Part shown: in pieces, positions 26,874 to 36,268 of the stretch
How positions within the stretch are numbered: the first letter of the stretch is position 1
Layout of the letters: every line of letters begins with the position of its first letter
Origin: Eubacteriales bacterium
GTDB taxonomy: Bacteria; Bacillota; Clostridia; Christensenellales; CAG-138
Length of the DNA stretch: 64,000 bases
NCBI GenBank assembly: GCA_035446965.1
Contig: DAOTGE010000002.1
Span: 12,715-76,714 of the forward strand
Direction: 5' to 3'
Notes under the pieces: model-generated
What the model was told of the DNA's origin: nothing
Databases searched by the model: none
The model's input: the letters and a program-made list of their open reading frames with translations, nothing else
Program-made: the position numbers and the translations under genes

Positions 26874-27818
26874 ATGGGTGTTGAGATGGAAGGAATCGTA
26901 TTTAACCGCCGTGGGACAGGTTTGCCCGCCGGAGGCGAAAACGAAGCGATTACGGCTCTTCTGGCAAAGCAGGGGAGTCTTGAGATTATGTCGCAGAAGA
27001 TCGGCGGCGAGTCCGTTGTTTGGCTTATACCCGCGAGCGATCCGGAAGCGATGGAGTTTTTCTTTATTCACGAAGGCGGCGTTGAGCTTGCGCTGGACGA
27101 CGGGCCGGTGGCGCTGGGCCCCGGCGAATCGTTTATGGCGCGCGGGCTTAAGCGCGATATCCCGGTCAAGCTGCTTGGAGACACGCGAATCCTGTATGTG
27201 ACCAACTGTCCCGCGTTCGAATCCGTTTCCCGCTTTGAAGAGAGTTTGACCGCGCTATTGATGCGCATCAACGAAAAAGATCACTATACATACCGCCACA
27301 GCGCGGCGGTGCTGAAATATTCGCTTTGTCTGTTCGATGCGCTGGAACCGGGCATACAGGGCGTTTCCCGGGACGATCTGGGTGTGGCCGCGCTGTTCCA
27401 CGACGTTGGCAAGTGCTTTATCCCGGTGGAAATTCTGCAAAAACCGGGCAGTCTGGAACCGGCGGAGATCCGCTATATTCTGCGCCATCCAATCGACAGC
27501 GGGCGGCTGCTGAAAGCCGAATTCGGCTTTCAGGTGGCAGAAATCGCCATGAATCATCATGAGCGGCTCGACGGGAGCGGATACCCGCGCGGGCTGACGG
27601 CGGAGGACATCAGCCTTCCGGCAAGGATCGTTGCGGTTGCGGACGCATTCGACGCGATGACGACCGACCGCGGGTACAACGAAGTGAAAACATCCGAGCA
27701 GGCCGCGGAGGAACTGGCTTCGCTCGATGAAAAATTTGACAGTATGGTAACAGAAACGCTGCGCAGGCTGATCGAAAGCGACGCGTTCAAAATGGAGGAG
27801 AATGAAACGGATGAATAA
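26874..27818 (+). CDS. Cupin-domain / HD-GYP-domain cyclic-di-GMP phosphodiesterase
   Basis: N-terminal cupin-like barrel (MEFFFIHEGGVELALDDGPVALGPGESF). HD-GYP signatures AALFHDVGK and HHERLDGSGYPRG. The start is uncertain (26874 or 26886; the ORF track gives 26823). Confidence 0.85.
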   Translation: MGVEMEGIVFNRRGTGLPAGGENEAITALLAKQGSLEIMSQKIGGESVVWLIPASDPEAMEFFFIHEGGVELALDDGPVALGPGESFMARGLKRDIPVKLLGDTRILYVTNCPAFESVSRFEESLTALLMRINEKDHYTYRHSAAVLKYSLCLFDALEPGIQGVSRDDLGVAALFHDVGKCFIPVEILQKPGSLEPAEIRYILRHPIDSGRLLKAEFGFQVAEIAMNHHERLDGSGYPRGLTAEDISLPARIVAVADAFDAMTTDRGYNEVKTSEQAAEELASLDEKFDSMVTETLRRLIESDAFKMEENETDE

Positions 27819-28269
27819 GCTGGACAAATGCGGCTATTGGCTGATGCTATCGGATTACGATATGGGAACGATCGACGCGCTGATTCAGGGGGAACGCTGG
27901 GTTTACGTGGCATTTTTATGCCAGCAGGCGACCGAACGGCAGCTTAAGGCGATGTATGTGTATTTCATGGAGGCGGAACCGCCTAAAACGCACAACGTCA
28001 ACTTCCTTTTTTCCAAGATAACGGACGGCGCGGCGTTTAAAAACGGAGTGGATTTCGAGCGTTTTTCCAAAGGCCGCAACGAATGCGAAGACTTTTTAAT
28101 GGACGTGATGTTCTATTATATGTCCGACTATCCGTTTTCCTACAAAAACATCACCAGCCGCTTCGTGAAAAAAGATCTTGCGCTGGAACTCTACGAAAAA
28201 ACGAAAAAGTACGTTCTCTGGCTGCGCGGGTTCCTGCCGGAAATCGAAGTTCCGGGCATCCCGGAGTAA
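27802..28269 (+). CDS. HEPN-domain protein
   Basis: YWLMLSDYDMGTIDALIQGERWVYVAFLCQQATERQLKAMYVY...PKTHNVNFL follows the HEPN (PF05168-like) helical pattern. It overlaps the HD-GYP stop by 17 nt. No Rx4-6H motif is seen. Confidence 0.65.
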   Translation: MKRMNKLDKCGYWLMLSDYDMGTIDALIQGERWVYVAFLCQQATERQLKAMYVYFMEAEPPKTHNVNFLFSKITDGAAFKNGVDFERFSKGRNECEDFLMDVMFYYMSDYPFSYKNITSRFVKKDLALELYEKTKKYVLWLRGFLPEIEVPGIPE

Positions 28270-28319
28270 ACGCGGAAAAAGCGTTTTTGTGCTCTGCGGG
28301 AGTATTGCGGTTTACACAT

Positions 28320-28350
28320 AAAAAACAGCCTCTCACAAGGCTGTTTTTTT
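28320..28350. terminator. Bidirectional intrinsic terminator
   Basis: AAAAAA-CAGCC-tctcacaa-GGCTG-TTTTTTT between convergent genes. Confidence 0.7.
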
Positions 28351-28364
28351 ATGCTTTTGATCCG

Positions 28365-28694
28365 TCAGTTCATTACATACGGCGTTGCGGTCGGCTCGGG
28401 CGTCGGCGTTTCAATTACATCCGCACCCGGCTTGCTCGTTACGTGCGGCTCGACCGACTCTCGCAGATAGTCCGCGCCTTTGTCGAGCAGGCCGGCCGCG
28501 TCCTCGGCGATGCCGGAATCGTCCATGAAATACCGGATTTCGACCCAGGCTTCCTTGCCGAGCACACGGAGCGAACCGATGAGCTGCTCCAGCTTGCCGC
28601 TGAGCAGGTCCTTGGTGTCCAGATAGCAGAGCACCGCCATGATGATGACCAGCAATACGACCAGTATGCCGATCAGGCGAAAAATAAATTTCAT
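28365..28694 (-). CDS. Small single-pass membrane protein, hypothetical
   Basis: MKFIFRLIGILVVLLVIIMAVLCYL TM helix. The ATG at 28694 is preceded by GGAGGAG. Confidence 0.45.
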   Translation of the reverse strand: MKFIFRLIGILVVLLVIIMAVLCYLDTKDLLSGKLEQLIGSLRVLGKEAWVEIRYFMDDSGIAEDAAGLLDKGADYLRESVEPHVTSKPGADVIETPTPEPTATPYVMN

Positions 28695-28805
28695 AGGGAC
28701 CGTCTCCTCCAAATTCAGGCGGAAGCGACGGGCGGTCGCTTCACAACTGCATTATAACACGGAGGTTAAAAACCCGCTGTGAATGTTATGTGAATTCCGG
28801 TTTTG

Positions 28806-29975
28806 CTACTCCACGTCCTGCGTGATGGTTTCAAGCAGCGCCTTTTCGATCATCGGTTCAAAATCAACAAGCGATTCGCTTTGGCGGATGGCGTCGAGTT
28901 TCGGCTTTGTGACGGGGTGCTGCGGCACGAACACCGTGCAGCAGTCTTCATAGGGCAGGATGGACGTTTCGAACGAACCGATCGCCTTTGCGCGGTCGAT
29001 GATCTCCTCCTTGTCGAACCCGATCAGCGGGCGGAAAACGGGCAGCGTCACCGCGTCGTTGGTGACGGTCAGGCTCTCGATGGTCTGGCTCGCGACCTGG
29101 CCGATGGATTCGCCGGTAACGAGCGCCTGTGCGCCGTTTAACAGCGCGATACGTTCGGATATCTGCATCATGAGCCGGCGCATGAGCACCGTGGTTTCGC
29201 TCTGCGGGCATTTTTCGTAGATGGCGAGCTGAATTTCCGTAAACGGAACGAGGTGCAGCGTCACCGTTCCGGCATAGGCCGAGAGGATGCGTACGAGATC
29301 GACGACCTTGTCGCGCGCGCGCTCGCTCGTGTACGGATAGCTGAAGAAATGCACGGCGGAAACGCGCACGCCGCGCTTTGCGATCATGTAGCCCGCGACG
29401 GGGCTGTCGATTCCGCCGGAGACGAGCAGCATCGCGTGGCCGTTGCAGCCGACCGGCATGCCGCCCGCGCCGAGGCGCTCCTCCGCGAAAACGAACGCCT
29501 GGTTCTGGCGGATTTCCACGCCCACGTAAAAGTCCGGCGTGTGCACGTCCACGCTTAAAACCGGAAAGGCTTCGAGCAGGAGTCCGCCGAGCGTGCGGCA
29601 GATTTCCTCCGAGCGCATGGGGAAGCGCTTGTCCGAGCGGCGGGAGATCACCTTGAACGTTGCGTGTTCCAGGTTCGCGATGCGCGCGCCGACAATTTGC
29701 TTTGCGGCCCCTGCGATCGGCTCCCATTCCTTTTCGGCGGCGACGGCGGGGCTGACGGAGTGAATGCCGAATACGCGCGTGAGTTTGTCCGCCGCGGAAT
29801 CGATATCCGCCTCGGCAAGGCCGAAAACAAAGATGCGTCCCTGTTCGCGCACGACGTTTGCGGGCAGCGGCCTGAGCGCAAGCTCGATGCGCCGCACCAG
29901 GCTGCGCTCAAAATAAGGCCGGTTGAGGCCTTTTAAGTGAATTTCCGCATAGCGGACGATGATGACCGGTTCCAT
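28806..29975 (-). CDS. thiI: tRNA 4-thiouridine(8) synthase
   Basis: N-terminal ferredoxin-like/THUMP region (IIVRYAEIHLKGLNRPYFE) and PP-loop LLVSGGIDSPVAGYM. Confidence 0.9.
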   Translation of the reverse strand: MEPVIIVRYAEIHLKGLNRPYFERSLVRRIELALRPLPANVVREQGRIFVFGLAEADIDSAADKLTRVFGIHSVSPAVAAEKEWEPIAGAAKQIVGARIANLEHATFKVISRRSDKRFPMRSEEICRTLGGLLLEAFPVLSVDVHTPDFYVGVEIRQNQAFVFAEERLGAGGMPVGCNGHAMLLVSGGIDSPVAGYMIAKRGVRVSAVHFFSYPYTSERARDKVVDLVRILSAYAGTVTLHLVPFTEIQLAIYEKCPQSETTVLMRRLMMQISERIALLNGAQALVTGESIGQVASQTIESLTVTNDAVTLPVFRPLIGFDKEEIIDRAKAIGSFETSILPYEDCCTVFVPQHPVTKPKLDAIRQSESLVDFEPMIEKALLETITQDVE

Positions 29976-30033
29976 AGGTTCTCCTGTTCAGCCGCCCGAA
30001 AACCCGGCGGCTTTATTGTTAAAAGTCCGTGTG

Positions 30034-31179
30034 TCAGCGGCGCTGGAAACGCCGCAGGAACGTTACCTGTTCGGCGACGGCCAGCGCGGCGGCGTCCATC
30101 TCCTCCGGCGTGTTGAACGGGCAGAGACTGAAGCGGAGCGCGCCTTCCGCGCGCGCGCCGGAAACGCCCATCGCGCCGAGGACGCGGTTTTCGCCTTTTT
30201 TGTGCGTCGAGCAGGCCGAGCCGGTGGAAACGTAAATCTGCCGCTCGGAAAGCGCGTTGACCAGCACTTCGCCGCGCACGCCGGGGAAAGAAACGTTCAG
30301 AATATGCGGCGCGCCGTCCTCCGGCGCGGGACCGTTGACGACCGCGTCGGGAATGCGCAGCAGCGCGTTTGCCAGCCGGATTTTGCAGGCGCGGACGTTT
30401 TCCAGCCAGTCCGGCTGGCTGGCGCGGTAAAGTGCGAGCGCCGCGTCCATGCCGAGCACGCCGGGCACGTTTGTCGTGCCGGAGCGCATGCCTTTTTCCT
30501 GTCCGCCGCCGATCTGCCCGCCTGCGAATTTCACGCCGTTTTTCACATACAGCGCGCCGACGCCCTTCGGTGCATGGAACTTATGCGCGCTGATGCTGTA
30601 AAGGTCGCACGGCACGCGGAAAAACGGCAGTTTGCAGAATGCCTGCACGCCGTCGACATGGAACAGCGCGCCCGGCGAGAGCCTGCGAATCAGCGCGGCA
30701 GCGGCCTCGATATCGTTAATCGCGCCCGTTTCGTTGTTGACGTGCATGAGAGATACGAGCGCCGTGTCCTCCGTGAGCGCGGTTTCGAGTTCGCCGAGGT
30801 CGGCCGCGCCGTCTTTGGTGCAGCCGATCAGCACGGGTTCAATGTCCGGTTCGCGCTCCAGCGAAAGCACGGCGGCGTACACGGACGGATGTTCGTTTTT
30901 GCAGGTGATCACCCTGCGCTTGCCGCGTCCCGCCTTCAGCGTGCCAAAAATCGCCATGTTGTTGGACTCCGTGCCGCCGGAGGTATAGTATACTTCGCCT
31001 GCGGCGCACCCCAGCGCGCCCGCGAGACGGGCGCGCGCGGCGTTGACCGCACGTTCGGTTTCGACGGCGGGTTTATAGCCTGCGGCCGGATTAAAAAAGT
31101 CTTCCCGCATTGCGCGCTGTGCCGCGTCCGCCGCCTCCGGCAGGACGCGCGTGGTTGCGCTGTTGTCCAGATAGATCAT
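30034..31179 (-). CDS. Cysteine desulfurase (NifS/IscS class V aminotransferase)
   Basis: MIYLDNSATT, SAHKFHAPKGVGALYV (PLP Lys), STGSACS (catalytic Cys). Adjacent to thiI. Confidence 0.9.
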   Translation of the reverse strand: MIYLDNSATTRVLPEAADAAQRAMREDFFNPAAGYKPAVETERAVNAARARLAGALGCAAGEVYYTSGGTESNNMAIFGTLKAGRGKRRVITCKNEHPSVYAAVLSLEREPDIEPVLIGCTKDGAADLGELETALTEDTALVSLMHVNNETGAINDIEAAAALIRRLSPGALFHVDGVQAFCKLPFFRVPCDLYSISAHKFHAPKGVGALYVKNGVKFAGGQIGGGQEKGMRSGTTNVPGVLGMDAALALYRASQPDWLENVRACKIRLANALLRIPDAVVNGPAPEDGAPHILNVSFPGVRGEVLVNALSERQIYVSTGSACSTHKKGENRVLGAMGVSGARAEGALRFSLCPFNTPEEMDAAALAVAEQVTFLRRFQRR

Positions 31180-31600
31180 TGCACATTCTCCTGATCATTG
31201 CGCGGAGTTCCCCGTAAGCGGGAAAAAATCGCACGTTGGCAGTATAGCACATTTCGCGGCGTTTTGGCGGGCGAGTTTTCGTTTTGTGACGCAAAGCCCG
31301 CCAAAAACAGCCGGGAGTCCGGTTCCCGGCTCAGCTTGTCGAGAAAGCCCGGCATTGCTAAAATGATTGAGCTTGCTTGCAAAGATGAATTGTTGAAGTT
31401 AAAATCTGTCAAAACCGGCGGCGCGTACGGCGGTTTTGATACGCTTCATGGAGATAAGCCGACAAACGGCGCAGCCGTTCGAGGCCGATTCTGCATGGAA
31501 AATTCCGCCGCAGCGGTTCCCATCGAAAAACTAAAGTTTTTCGATGGCCTGAGCCGGGAGTTCGGTCCCGGCTGTATTTACATCAATAGGTGTGCGGCGT

Positions 31601-32560
31601 TCAGCGGCCGAACCGGTCTTTGAGATACCCGTAGCCCGCCTGATCGAGCTCGTCATACGGGATAAAGCGCAGCGACGCGCTGTTGATGCAGTAGCGCACG
31701 CCGTTCGGCGATTCCGGGTCGCCCGTGAACACATGCCCGAGATGCGAATTCCCCGCGCGCGAGCGCACCTCCGTGCGCTCCATGCCGTGCGAGCGGTCCT
31801 GCCGTTCCACGACGACCGCTTCTTCGACCGGTTTGGTGAACGCGGGCCAGCCGCAGGAGGAATCGTATTTGTCCAGCGAGGTAAACAGCGGTTCTCCGGT
31901 CACAATGTCCACGTACAGGCCTTTTTCGCCGTTTTGGAAAAACTCGTTTTGATAGGGCCGTTCCGTCGCGTTTTTCTGCGTGACGGCAAACTGTTCGGGC
32001 GTGAGGCGCTCTTTAATTTCCTCTTCGGACGGGCGTGCGTATGAACCCGCATCGACGGCGGCGCCTGAAAGGCGCGCGATTTCGGCGAGCGGAATATGGC
32101 AGTACCCGCCCGGGTTTTTATCCAGATAGTTTTGATGGTATTCCTCGGCGGGATAGAAGCTGACAAGCGTTTTGATTTCTACGGCAAAGCCCGGCGTGCG
32201 CGCGCGCTCGATGGCTGCGATGCGCTCGACGGTATCGCCGGATTCGTCGTCGGCATAGTAAACGCCCGCCTGATACTGCGTGCCGACGTCGTGTCCCTGC
32301 CGGTTGACGGCGGTTTTGTCCACAACGGCGAAGTACGCAAACAGAAGCTGGTCAAGGCTGACTTTTGCAGGATCATACACCACAAATACCGTCTCGCGAA
32401 AGCCGGTTTCACCGGTGCAGACGGTCTTGTAGTTCGCGTCCGCTTCACAGGTGCCGTTTGCGTATCCGCTTACGGCGCCGACTACGCCGGGAATCGAGTG
32501 CATGAGCTTTTCCATGCCCCAGAAACACCCGCCGGCAAGATAGATGCTGCGTGTTTTCAA
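31601..32560 (-). CDS. msrAB: Bifunctional peptide-methionine sulfoxide reductase MsrA-MsrB fusion
   Basis: MsrA GGCFWGME, MsrB zinc/catalytic region, and RYCINSASLRFIP. Start placed at the TTG at 32560, which has an AAAGGAGG RBS. The longer ORF-track extension runs into the upstream gene. Confidence 0.85.
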   Translation of the reverse strand: MKTRSIYLAGGCFWGMEKLMHSIPGVVGAVSGYANGTCEADANYKTVCTGETGFRETVFVVYDPAKVSLDQLLFAYFAVVDKTAVNRQGHDVGTQYQAGVYYADDESGDTVERIAAIERARTPGFAVEIKTLVSFYPAEEYHQNYLDKNPGGYCHIPLAEIARLSGAAVDAGSYARPSEEEIKERLTPEQFAVTQKNATERPYQNEFFQNGEKGLYVDIVTGEPLFTSLDKYDSSCGWPAFTKPVEEAVVVERQDRSHGMERTEVRSRAGNSHLGHVFTGDPESPNGVRYCINSASLRFIPYDELDQAGYGYLKDRFGR

Positions 32561-32583
32561 AATGAACCGCCTCCTTTGGAGCG

Positions 32584-33246
32584 TTAAACGGTTGGACGGG
32601 TTTGCCGGGAACGTTTGTCCGCTTTTGCGAGCAAGCGGTCGGCCAGCACAAACAGGTACCCAAGCGCGACGAAAAACGCGGTCATAACGGCGACGGTAAC
32701 GAGTACGCGCACGATTCCCTGCGTCGCGACGTCCATAAACGGATACGGGTAAAACGGGTCGCCGGGCGAAGCAAATGCAAGCAGTAAAACGACGGCAAAA
32801 TACAGCAGGGGAAAGATAGTCCAAAGCAGCGGGGACGTGCGATTGAAGCGGCCCTTTTCATCAAAGAGGAGCCAGTCGAGCACCGTCATGACCGGAACGA
32901 TCGTATGCACCAGCAGGATGGAGACGCGCATGCTTGCACCCATCGTGAAATTGCCGAGCATGATATGCGCAACAAGACAGGTCACGGTTATGCCCATCAT
33001 GGCGGCGCCTTTGAGCGGAACGCACCAGTTTTTTGAGCCGTCGTTTGCGCGGCCGGAAAGGATATAAACGGCGTCCGCAAGGAAATAGAACAGGCAGAGC
33101 AGGTTGCTCAGGTTGGTAAAATACCGAAAGCTGGAAAGGCGCAGTTCGCCGCTGAAAATTCCGACTTGCAGGCCGAGACCGACGAACGCACAGAGGACGA
33201 TTGCAAATTTCCAGATCAGCGAGAGCGCTTTTGAACGAATACGCAT
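32584..33246 (-). CDS. Pr6Pr-family (FAR-17a/AIG1-like) integral membrane protein
   Basis: 6-TM protein of 220 aa with the FRYFTNLSNLL motif. Confidence 0.55.
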   Translation of the reverse strand: MRIRSKALSLIWKFAIVLCAFVGLGLQVGIFSGELRLSSFRYFTNLSNLLCLFYFLADAVYILSGRANDGSKNWCVPLKGAAMMGITVTCLVAHIMLGNFTMGASMRVSILLVHTIVPVMTVLDWLLFDEKGRFNRTSPLLWTIFPLLYFAVVLLLAFASPGDPFYPYPFMDVATQGIVRVLVTVAVMTAFFVALGYLFVLADRLLAKADKRSRQTRPTV

Positions 33247-33299
33247 ATAGACGAAGTACCTTTCCTATATAAAGCACGCATTGCCGCGGGCAGATTTTT

Positions 33300-33881
33300 C
33301 TATTGAACGGAATCCGCGGCGCTCTTTTTGAAGAACGTGCGGCGAAGGAGCAGGATTGCGGTCACAGCCATAGAGACGATGCAGAAGTAAGCGGTCAGAG
33401 TCGCGATGGCGGCGGGGATCCCGGCGGCCAGCGCGGTGGTGGTATCCGCCATGCTGGAAGCGGAAGGCACGGTAACGGCAAGGATCAGGTTGACGACCCC
33501 AACGCAGAATGAAAGGATGACGATGATGCCGGTGAAACGGCGCAGGGTGTTGAGCTTGCGCGCGGCTATATGCAGGAGGATTCCGGCGATCAGAAACAGC
33601 GTCCAGAAATAGATTAAAAGATAGAATCCGTAGAAAACCGCATAATCGGTGCCCTGCACGATCAGCACGACGGTATACACGATTGCAATCAGGATTGGCG
33701 CCCAGACGAGGGCTGCTCCGGTGATGCAAAATCCTTTCCCTGCGGACATGCGCCGCGCCGCTGTTTGTTCGGCGGTTACTTCGGGCGGTTCCTCGCGCGG
33801 GAGGAAAACACTGTCTTCGGCGGCGGCATTATGCCGCCGCCCGGTTGCGTGCAGTGTTGTAATTTTCAGGTTGAGACTCAT
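33300..33881 (-). CDS. Hypothetical polytopic membrane protein (paralog B)
   Basis: 4 TM segments. Shares the (L/V)WAPIL(I/F) first-helix motif and topology with the upstream gene. ATGA start/stop overlap. Confidence 0.5.
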   Translation of the reverse strand: MSLNLKITTLHATGRRHNAAAEDSVFLPREEPPEVTAEQTAARRMSAGKGFCITGAALVWAPILIAIVYTVVLIVQGTDYAVFYGFYLLIYFWTLFLIAGILLHIAARKLNTLRRFTGIIVILSFCVGVVNLILAVTVPSASSMADTTTALAAGIPAAIATLTAYFCIVSMAVTAILLLRRTFFKKSAADSVQ

Positions 33882-34342
33882 TCACCGGACTCCTTTTCGA
33901 CGGTCACAGCCGTGGTGTTTTTTTGAAACAGCGCTTTGATTTGCAGGATGCCGATGACCGCAATGCCAAGCACAAGCAGGTTGTAGATCACGATCAGCGC
34001 GATGACGAGCGCAAACGCGAACCCGTCCGGGGACGTCGTGCCGTGTGCCAGGCCGCTCGCGACGGCGTAAATCTGCGAAGCTGCCAGCGCCAGTACGGCT
34101 GCGGCGGTCGCCCAGAGAAGCCATCGGGTGTACAGATGGGAAAGGAACCCGCAGACGATCAGCAGTGCCGCGCCGATGATCACGGCGAGGAAAAGTTCGG
34201 CGAGCATAAGGTAGTCGAAAAGCAGCTTTCCGGATTGAATGCTGCCGATAACGGCAAGCACCACCATAAACAGGATCGGCGCCCAGAGCAAAACGCTCCC
34301 GGCGATTGCGGAAATTTTTGCAAACAGCAGTTTCTTTTTCAT
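33878..34342 (-). CDS. Hypothetical polytopic membrane protein (paralog A)
   Basis: MKKKLLFAKISAIAGSVLLWAPILFMVVL..., 4 TM segments. RBS AAGGAGG upstream. Confidence 0.55.
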   Translation of the reverse strand: MKKKLLFAKISAIAGSVLLWAPILFMVVLAVIGSIQSGKLLFDYLMLAELFLAVIIGAALLIVCGFLSHLYTRWLLWATAAAVLALAASQIYAVASGLAHGTTSPDGFAFALVIALIVIYNLLVLGIAVIGILQIKALFQKNTTAVTVEKESGE

Positions 34343-34430
34343 CCTGAAGCCTCCTTAGTAAGACTGGTCGGCAGGGGGGGGGTGGAAAAATAGCGCGGAC
34401 ATGCGGCGTATGCGCCGTAACTCTATGCAG

Positions 34431-34459
34431 ATTATATCGTACGTTCGGCGAAATTGCCA
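34431..34459 (-). promoter_or_regulatory. Sigma-A type promoter for the membrane-protein pair
   Basis: Minus strand: TGGCAA, 17-nt spacer, TATAAT. Confidence 0.45.
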
Positions 34460-34625
34460 GCAGCGTGCCGGTACGGCGGGCGCCCTGCACGGCGCATCGG
34501 GAACTTTTCCGGGGTAAAATGAAGAATTGTATTCTGCGTATGGACTGGTATAATAAATAAAACTCGCGCCTGCACCGGGAGAATGCGCGGCGCGAAGGCC
34601 GCTTTGGCCGGAAAAGGGAATACGA

Positions 34626-35618
34626 ATGAAAAAAGCCTTGAAAATCCTGCTGATTATTCTTGCCGTGCTGCTGCTTTCGGCCGGTGGGTTCGCGCTCGTG
34701 CAGCGGGTCGTTTATCACCGAAGCGCGCTTTCCGGTATTGCGGACGTTTATATTATGCTGGCGGGCAACAAAAAGAAATTTGAAACGGCGGAAGCGGCGG
34801 ACGCGTTTATGCAGGAGCAGGGTGAAGCCTGGTGGGACGGGTACGAGATTCCGGAAAACGTGCACTTCGACTGCACGCTGGAAGAGGAGCAGACCGCGGG
34901 CATGCAGGTTTTTTGGCTCAACCGGGACGCGGCTTCGAGCGATACGGTCGTTTTTTATCTGCATGGCGGCGGGTTCGTCAATCCGCCGCAGAAGGTGCAG
35001 TGGAACACCTGCGACTCGATTGCATTGCAGGCCGGGTGCAGCGCGGTGCTGCCGGTCTATCTGACCGCGCCGAACTTCACGTTTGACCAGTGCTACGACG
35101 CGCTGCTGGAACTCTACAATTCCATTCTGGAAACGCATGCGCCGCAGGATATCGTGCTCATGGGCGACTCGGCGGGCGGCGGGCTTGCGCTCGGATTCGC
35201 TATGTGGCTCGACGAACTCGGGTATGAACAACCCGCGCAGATTATCGTTTATTCGCCGGAGCTGGACATTACGCTCTCCAACCCGGATTTGGAAGAATAT
35301 GAAAAGCTGGACGCGATGCTTGCCATCGACGGCATCGTCGAGATGGGGCGCGTTTGGGCGGGCGGCGCCGACCCGGAAGACTATCGCCTCAGCCCGATCA
35401 ACGGGGATGTGAGCGCACTTGCGCCGATCACGCTGTTTGCGGGCACGCGGGAACTGCTCTATCCGGACGAAGTCAAGTTTGTTGAGCTGGCGAAGCAGCA
35501 GGGCGTTACGATCGACTATCACGAAGGCGAAAACCTTGGCCATTGCTGGCCGCTCTACCCGACCCCGGAAGGCCGGAAAGCGCTCGCTTACGTTGCGGAC
35601 AAAATTACGGGCGAATAA
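34626..35618 (+). CDS. Alpha/beta hydrolase, hormone-sensitive-lipase-like esterase with N-terminal membrane anchor
   Basis: Oxyanion motif YLHGGGF, nucleophile elbow GDSAGG, and a C-terminal His region (GHCWP). Confidence 0.85.
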   Translation: MKKALKILLIILAVLLLSAGGFALVQRVVYHRSALSGIADVYIMLAGNKKKFETAEAADAFMQEQGEAWWDGYEIPENVHFDCTLEEEQTAGMQVFWLNRDAASSDTVVFYLHGGGFVNPPQKVQWNTCDSIALQAGCSAVLPVYLTAPNFTFDQCYDALLELYNSILETHAPQDIVLMGDSAGGGLALGFAMWLDELGYEQPAQIIVYSPELDITLSNPDLEEYEKLDAMLAIDGIVEMGRVWAGGADPEDYRLSPINGDVSALAPITLFAGTRELLYPDEVKFVELAKQQGVTIDYHEGENLGHCWPLYPTPEGRKALAYVADKITGE

Positions 35619-35627
35619 GCGGACGGT

Positions 35628-36065
35628 TCAATTAGATTTGCGCCTGCGGAGCGCGCCGCCCGCATAAAAAACGACGAACAGCATGACGAACGCGGCGGCA
35701 TAGACGGGCGGCATGGTATGCGCGAATAGTACGATCCTGCCGGCAAGACTGATCAGCGGAAGATAGAAAAACTGCGGGAGAAGCCCGAACGCGTTGAACC
35801 AGTAGCGGCCAAGCGCCAGCTCCTGATATAAAAGCAGCGCCAGCGCGGCGAGCGCCGGGATATGCGCGATCGCCGCCGCGGCAAACGCCGATTTTGCAAG
35901 CGGGCGCGTCCAAAAACCGAGCAGCAGCCAGAAAAGCAAAAAGAAAAGGCCGATTACGCCGTAGGGAAGCGTCGTATCCTGCAGCGCGCCGAGCATCAGT
36001 GCGTTGAGAAGCGTGCCGAACGCAAGCGGCAGCAGTCCAATAAAAAACAGCAGCAATTTTTTCAT
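35628..36065 (-). CDS. Hypothetical 4-5 TM membrane protein
   Basis: The ATG at 36065 gives [17 protein letters not shown]. The product is strongly hydrophobic. Confidence 0.45.
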   Translation of the reverse strand: MKKLLLFFIGLLPLAFGTLLNALMLGALQDTTLPYGVIGLFFLLFWLLLGFWTRPLAKSAFAAAAIAHIPALAALALLLYQELALGRYWFNAFGLLPQFFYLPLISLAGRIVLFAHTMPPVYAAAFVMLFVVFYAGGALRRRKSN

Positions 36066-36268
36066 AAAAAAGAAAATTCCTTTCCGGGCAAGCCTGCCCG
36101 CGAAGGCGGATAACCGCCGCAATGAGTATAGCATACTATGCGCTCCGGCGGCGGAAATGTTGCTTTTTCTGCGTGAACATGCAGGCTAAGGAACATCTGC
36201 AAATGGAGAGAGCCGTATATGCCCTCGTTAAACCGACAGGATGATACGCTTTGGGGTCTGAAGCACAT

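Noticed and set aside
31198-31623. 141-aa plus-strand ORF in the msrAB/nifS intergenic region.
   Set aside because: It is made up of back-to-back hairpin/terminator sequences, has no RBS, and its start overlaps the nifS promoter region.
33882-35543. 553-aa minus-strand ORF spanning the membrane-protein gene, the intergenic promoter region and the esterase gene.
   Set aside because: The translation is Arg-rich and motif-free. It crosses a region with clear promoters and RBSs and overlaps two well-supported genes.
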